NCBI GenBank assembly: GCA_030605575.1
Contig: JAUWIC010000071.1
Span: 1 to 51,183 of the forward strand
Origin: Dehalococcoidia bacterium
Lineage (GTDB): Bacteria > Chloroflexota > Dehalococcoidia > Dehalococcoidales > E44-bin46
Direction: 5' to 3'
Length of the DNA stretch: 51,183 nt
How positions within the stretch are numbered: the first letter of the stretch is position 1; every line of letters begins with the position of its first letter. Positions 47,323-51,183 of this stretch are shown here, piece after piece. Below the pieces are notes generated by a model. The model was not told where the DNA came from, searched no databases, and saw only the letters and a program-made list of their open reading frames with translations. The position numbers were made by a program, and so were the translations under genes.

Positions 47323-48261
47323 TTAATAAGCAGGTACTTGGTATAAAACTTCGGTTGGAAACAGCTCAGGATGGATGATTTTTGCTATCTCCTCCAAACC
47401 CTGAATAATGCGAGGTCCAGAACGATTGACAAGGTCACCATTAACTATATGAATTCTACCATGCTTCACTGCGGTTACTCCTCGCCAGGCAGGGTGTGCC
47501 ATCAACTCTTCCTCTGATATTACTGCTGTTCCGTGGCTGGCATCAATCATGATAATCTCCGGGTCAGAGCTAACTAATTGCTCAATGCTGAATTGCACCC
47601 AAGCATCCTGAGCCTTAGCAGCAACATTTTCTCCACCAGCCATTTTAATGAGAGCATCAGCAAATGAGCCGGGACCTGCTGTCCAGGGATTGTTTAGGTC
47701 AGTAGCATCAAACACATAGAAGACTCTGACTTTAGGAGCATTCTCCACCTGGGAAACAACCTGAGCCAGGCCGCCATTCATCTCACTAACCAATGCTTTA
47801 GCTTTCTTCTCCACTCCGGTAATCTTTCCCAGTAATTCAATATCTTCAAGGATACCATCAATGTCCTTAGGGTCTATAGCAAAAAAGGTGATGCCTAAAA
47901 CCTCAAGCCCTTTGATGCTCTCGCTATGCCCATCAGTCAGAACCAAATCGGGCTCTAGAGCGACAATCAGTTCAATGGTGGGGTTAAAATAGTTGCCGAC
48001 GCTGGGTTTTAACTTAGCTTCTTCAGGATAATCGCAATAGTCGCTGACTCCAACCACCCTTTCCTCCAAACCAAGAGCAAAAAGGGTCTCGGTTATACTG
48101 GGCACGTGAGACACAATCCGCTGTGGCACCTTATCTATGCTTACCCCTCTACCCATGTCATCAATATAGGTCCCGGGCACGAATTCCGACTGACATCCGG
48201 TAAACATAATAACCAACAGGCTCAATAGAATGGCACTAATACCAAGTCGCATCAGTCTCAT
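47323..48261 (-). CDS. btuF: BtuF-like cobalamin/corrinoid ABC substrate-binding lipoprotein
   Basis: Lipobox [40 protein letters not shown] is typical of the BtuF/FecB fold. First gene behind a B12 riboswitch. Confidence 0.75.
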   Translation of the reverse strand: MRLMRLGISAILLSLLVIMFTGCQSEFVPGTYIDDMGRGVSIDKVPQRIVSHVPSITETLFALGLEERVVGVSDYCDYPEEAKLKPSVGNYFNPTIELIVALEPDLVLTDGHSESIKGLEVLGITFFAIDPKDIDGILEDIELLGKITGVEKKAKALVSEMNGGLAQVVSQVENAPKVRVFYVFDATDLNNPWTAGPGSFADALIKMAGGENVAAKAQDAWVQFSIEQLVSSDPEIIMIDASHGTAVISEEELMAHPAWRGVTAVKHGRIHIVNGDLVNRSGPRIIQGLEEIAKIIHPELFPTEVLYQVPAY

Positions 48262-48311
48262 TAGATACCTCCAAACTGCTAAATTATTGTTGGGGATAAA
48301 ACTATTTGGCT

Positions 48312-48550
48312 AAAATAAAATCCCCCTCTGCTTAATACAGCAAGGGGGGATTTCTCACCTAACCTTGGTCATTATCCCACCCCCTTTCTCCGCGGAGGCC
48401 TGAGAATACCCAGAGGTTCGGCGTTCTGGCTTGTGGTAGAAATTATCTACCACTCACAGTAGGCGGGACTGCGTCGGATTCTCACCGACTTGCTCTCCGA
48501 TTATGCCTGAATTATCTCAGGCACCTCTGAGCCGCCTATTAAGTTTTCTA
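48312..48550 (-). promoter_or_regulatory. cobalamin riboswitch with a terminator expression platform
   Basis: The minus strand reads GGTGAGAATCCGACGCAGTCCCGCCTACTGTGAG (B12-box core) at about 48450-48490. It is followed by AAATCCCCCCTTGCTG-TATT-AAGCAGAGGGGGATTTTATTTT at about 48312-48353, 50 nt before the btuF start. Confidence 0.85.
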
Positions 48551-49050
48551 TAGGATACAATAACCCGGTAGCAAATGCAAGTCTACCGTTCATAAAGAAC
48601 CCACGGTATCTCGAAGCTGGTACCCAAAACCGGCCATCATGTTCTGCCCTATCGACAAGCTACCTAAAATGAGGGCCCTGTATCTTATATGTAAAAATGG
48701 GAAACCTGATACGGCAAAGTTGATGTACTCTTCAGTTATTAAAGCCTTACTCTCTAACGACTATACCTTGCATGCTCGTCGCCAACAATCCATCGGATTG
48801 TTTTGTCTTACATATTCCGAAGTGGGCTAAAAGCCAGTTTGTTACCCTGTTCAACATCCGCCTTGTGAACATGCTAACAGCTTCCCTCAGCCCCCAGTAA
48901 GACAAAAGAAAACAGCACTATGAGGTGGGGATAATTACAATATATTCCGCTGAGCTATGGTGCACATTGCCCTTGAAGATATAGGAGACTGGGGACATTC
49001 ATCACACTGGCTAACACCAGGTTTTTCAGCCAGAGACCTAATTTCCCGTT

Positions 49051-49626
49051 TCACCGTTTAATTATGATGTTGCGCTCAACAATAGTATCGACTGAGCCTA
49101 ATGGGTCACCTATCTCTACGATCAGTTTCCATGTGCCAGGCTCAATCGGTTCTCCCTCAGCCGATGTAGGTATAGGCCCATACCACCAGACTTCATGATT
49201 CTCATCCGGTTCTGCCAATCCAATTACAGCACAAGGTATTAACCCCCTTGCTGGCATGAGATATAAGGAATAATAAGGGTCAAGCCAGATTGAATCATAT
49301 TCCTTTCTATTAATTACTTCCTGCTCAAGCCAAGCCCAGAACTCCTCGCTCCCTGTCTTTATTCTCACCGTTATATTCTCCCCGATGTGGGCTTCAGTCG
49401 GCCATTCAAGAATCGTCACTTGGTTACGTATGTCTTGCATCGATAGCTCTTCCCAAGACCATAACTCTTCTTGTGAAGGCTCTGGCGCCTCTTTTTCTGG
49501 TGGTGCTGGTTCTTGCGGCGGTGCTACAGCCGGTGGTGATACTGGCGGGGGTGTTGTGGCAGGAACACACCCGCTAAGTAGAACAAGTGCTACGAGTAGA
49601 AATCCTACAATTCCTATCTTGCACAT
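49051..49626 (-). CDS. hypothetical lipoprotein with a Pro-rich linker
   Basis: MCKIGIVGFLLVALVLLSGC lipobox, then PATTPPPVSPPAVAPPQEPAPPEKEAPEP. Confidence 0.7.
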   Translation of the reverse strand: MCKIGIVGFLLVALVLLSGCVPATTPPPVSPPAVAPPQEPAPPEKEAPEPSQEELWSWEELSMQDIRNQVTILEWPTEAHIGENITVRIKTGSEEFWAWLEQEVINRKEYDSIWLDPYYSLYLMPARGLIPCAVIGLAEPDENHEVWWYGPIPTSAEGEPIEPGTWKLIVEIGDPLGSVDTIVERNIIIKR

Positions 49627-49731
49627 CGTATAGACCTCCGTTTGGTTATTTAATGATACTTATAGTCTGTAGACTCATAGTATACAACAACATATGATTT
49701 AGTCAAGTATCTCGCCTGGCTGAGATAGTAG

Positions 49732-49953
49732 ATGAAGGAAGTAGAACGTCAGTTTGGGAAAAGAGTGAGAGAGCTACGACTGGCAAGGGGATTGTCTCAG
49801 GAGGAGATGGCATTCAAAATAGGTGTCCACCGCACGTATCTTGGTGGTATTGAGAGGGGAGAGCGGAATCCATCATTGAGGAATATCGCAGCCATAGCGA
49901 TGGCTCTTGATATTACTTTGAGGGAATTATTTTCCTTCGAGAGCCATGAATGA
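49732..49953 (+). CDS. XRE-family helix-turn-helix regulator
   Basis: FGKRVRELRLARGLSQEEMAFKIGVHRTYLGGIERGERNPSLRNIAAIAMAL. Confidence 0.85.
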   Translation: MKEVERQFGKRVRELRLARGLSQEEMAFKIGVHRTYLGGIERGERNPSLRNIAAIAMALDITLRELFSFESHE

Positions 49954-50148
49954 ACTAGACGCTTCTAGTGAACCGCTACCGTAGACCGTTATATTGATTA
50001 CCCCCCATCGTCTGCTCTTAGTGTAGCAAGCGCACTCTCTGTACATACCAAGCTTCGTATCTGCTGAACAAATGACAAAATTGTGCAGCGTAGAAGTCGT
50101 ATATTTAGACTGATAGCTTTACATGCCTCATTTAGGTTTTTGATGTAT

Positions 50149-50208
50149 GGATTACCATAGGGATTACCATAGCGTTTACCCTATCGTTTACCATATGGGG
50201 TTTACCTG
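50149..50208 (+). repeat. five tandem 12-nt iteron-like repeats
   Basis: GGATTACCATAG GGATTACCATAG CGTTTACCCTAT CGTTTACCATAT GGGGTTTACCTG. Confidence 0.85.
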
Positions 50209-50899
50209 GTTATTTCACTAAGTTTCTCCCCCGGAATCGAAGCTAACGGCGGGGGGGGGAGCCCCCCCTTCAGTAGATATAAAAAATGTAAAAACTGCAT
50301 TTCAACAACCATTATAAAAAATGGAAATGTAATAGATTTTCAGGTCGGGTAATAATAAAATGGGAGCTTGGTGCTGGTCACCGGGGATTCGGCGGATGAC
50401 TGGTGTCAGGTGAGAGCTATCACACAATTAATCTTTTTGTTGCGTGAAGTTAGCTCCTGAATTAGAAAGTGATAGTGAAAGGCGATAGGCTGAGTTTGAA
50501 CAATATCTTCAAGGTTACGTCGCTCGCCATTATGATGCAGTAGAAACATTTGTCAGACCCTGAGGGAAAAAGCAAAGGAACTAGGTATAGAATTAACTTA
50601 TACTCCAAAGCTTCAGAAACATGACCCCCGGCTATTCCTTCTGATCAAAAATAGTACACTTCTACGGCTTAGCCTGGTGGAAGGTCAAGCCGTTAGGTAG
50701 GGTTTATGCCTTCAATGAATTCGGTTGCTACTACGGATTTTACGTTCAAACTGAAGCAAAAAATAGCTAACATTTAGCTAACGGACAGGCTACAACGGGT
50801 TAACACTGGTTGGTATTCTACGCACAAAACGGGTTTTAGTCAATTGACACAAAAGTTCTAATTTGAACGTAAAAGCACCCTTTGGGACACCTGGTGACA

Positions 50900-50940
50900 G
50901 ATTTCAAGACCGTCACCATAGACCACTCGGACACCCCTCC
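50900..50940 (-). pseudogene. truncated tRNA-Ser copy (5' part only); att-like repeat partner of 28271-28311
   Basis: 36/41 nt are identical to tRNA positions 1 to about 41. There is a 19-nt block at the 5' end and a 12-nt block around CTTGAAA. Downstream sequence has no variable arm, T arm or acceptor 3' strand. Confidence 0.8.
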
Positions 50941-50949
50941 ACCAGTTTA

Positions 50950-50978
50950 AGTATAAAGAGTTGGACTACAAGCGTCAA
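50950..50978 (-). promoter_or_regulatory. near-consensus sigma-70 promoter aimed at the truncated tRNA-Ser copy
   Basis: The minus strand reads TTGACG (50978-50973), a 17-nt spacer, TATACT (50955-50950), then 9 nt to tRNA position +1 at 50940. Confidence 0.6.
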
Positions 50979-50987
50979 AAATTCTCT

Positions 50988-51183
<196 letters not shown>

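Larger units (their letters stand above)
28312..50899. mobile_element. about 22.6-kb integrase-associated mosaic genomic island bounded by tRNA-Ser and a copy of its 5' part
   Basis: The integrase lies 77 nt from the tRNA 5' end. A 36/41-nt imperfect direct repeat links 28271-28311 and 50900-50940. Contents include an excisionase-type HTH, a second recombinase, an integrase remnant, phage/plasmid-like genes and patches of atypical composition. Confidence 0.6.

Noticed and set aside
48560-49050. Possible gene or pseudogene in the 500-bp gap upstream of the B12 riboswitch (including the 63-aa ORF 48639..48830 and a minus-strand open stretch ...ALILGSLSIGQNMMAGFGYQL*)
   Set aside because: There is no start codon with an SD and no recognisable family. 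The pieces are about 63 codons or fewer, so a feature cannot be supported from sequence alone.
50248-50268. G9...C7 run as a potential G-quadruplex or phase-variation tract
   Set aside because: It is a single short G-run paired with a C-run, so it is a simple hairpin. It is not within or near a start codon or promoter that I can identify. It is mentioned only as part of the non-coding right end of the island.
50860-50940. A second functional tRNA-Ser gene
   Set aside because: Only the acceptor 5' strand, a D-arm with a T-T mismatch and an anticodon-like hairpin are present. There is no variable arm, no GTTCGAATC T-arm and no acceptor 3' strand.

Overview
This looks like a bacterial chromosomal segment. 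GC is roughly 48-50% by eye and Shine-Dalgarno use is strong. Gene content (B12 salvage operon, DUF5679-type zinc ribbon) suggests a Chloroflexota/Dehalococcoidia-like organism, but that is a guess without a database search.

nt 1-28.3 kb is mostly housekeeping:
- a 3'-truncated comM abutting a foreign ORF at the left window edge
- a LarA-like gene, uvrA, an HD-domain gene, a Usp gene and an orphan sbcC
- a secreted caspase-fold protein with tandem repeats
- a ppsA-dgt-dnaG-rpoD block
- a bifunctional nuclease, a cation antiporter, rpsP-KH-rimM and nfi
- prfB with its classical +1 frameshift, which the ORF track misses
- an HExxH peptidase, radC and an orphan peptide-type ABC binding protein

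Several intergenic regions carry composite arrays of GC-rich hairpin repeats.

At 28222-28311 lies an intact tRNA-Ser(UGA). It is followed by a tyrosine integrase and about 22.6 kb that ends at a 41-nt copy of the tRNA 5' part (50900-50940). That copy still sits behind a near-consensus promoter next to serS. I read this interval as an integrated, mosaic genomic island.

The island contains:
- an integrase plus an integrase remnant, an excisionase-type HTH and a second minimal recombinase with a zinc-ribbon insertion
- a sigma-like gene and a DnaN-like sliding clamp
- a HEPN-like operon
- a HesB-like pair, a PRC-barrel gene, an orphan response regulator and nth
- a B12-riboswitch-controlled btuF-cobTSC(U) salvage cluster
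- an iteron-like array

The island also carries an AT-rich, translationally coupled three-gene cassette (42495-43908) made of a cytoplasmic papain-fold Cys/His protein and two unknowns. This is my best candidate for an undescribed system. The HEPN-like operon (37252-38721) is second.

All family calls are from motif recognition by eye; nothing was searched.
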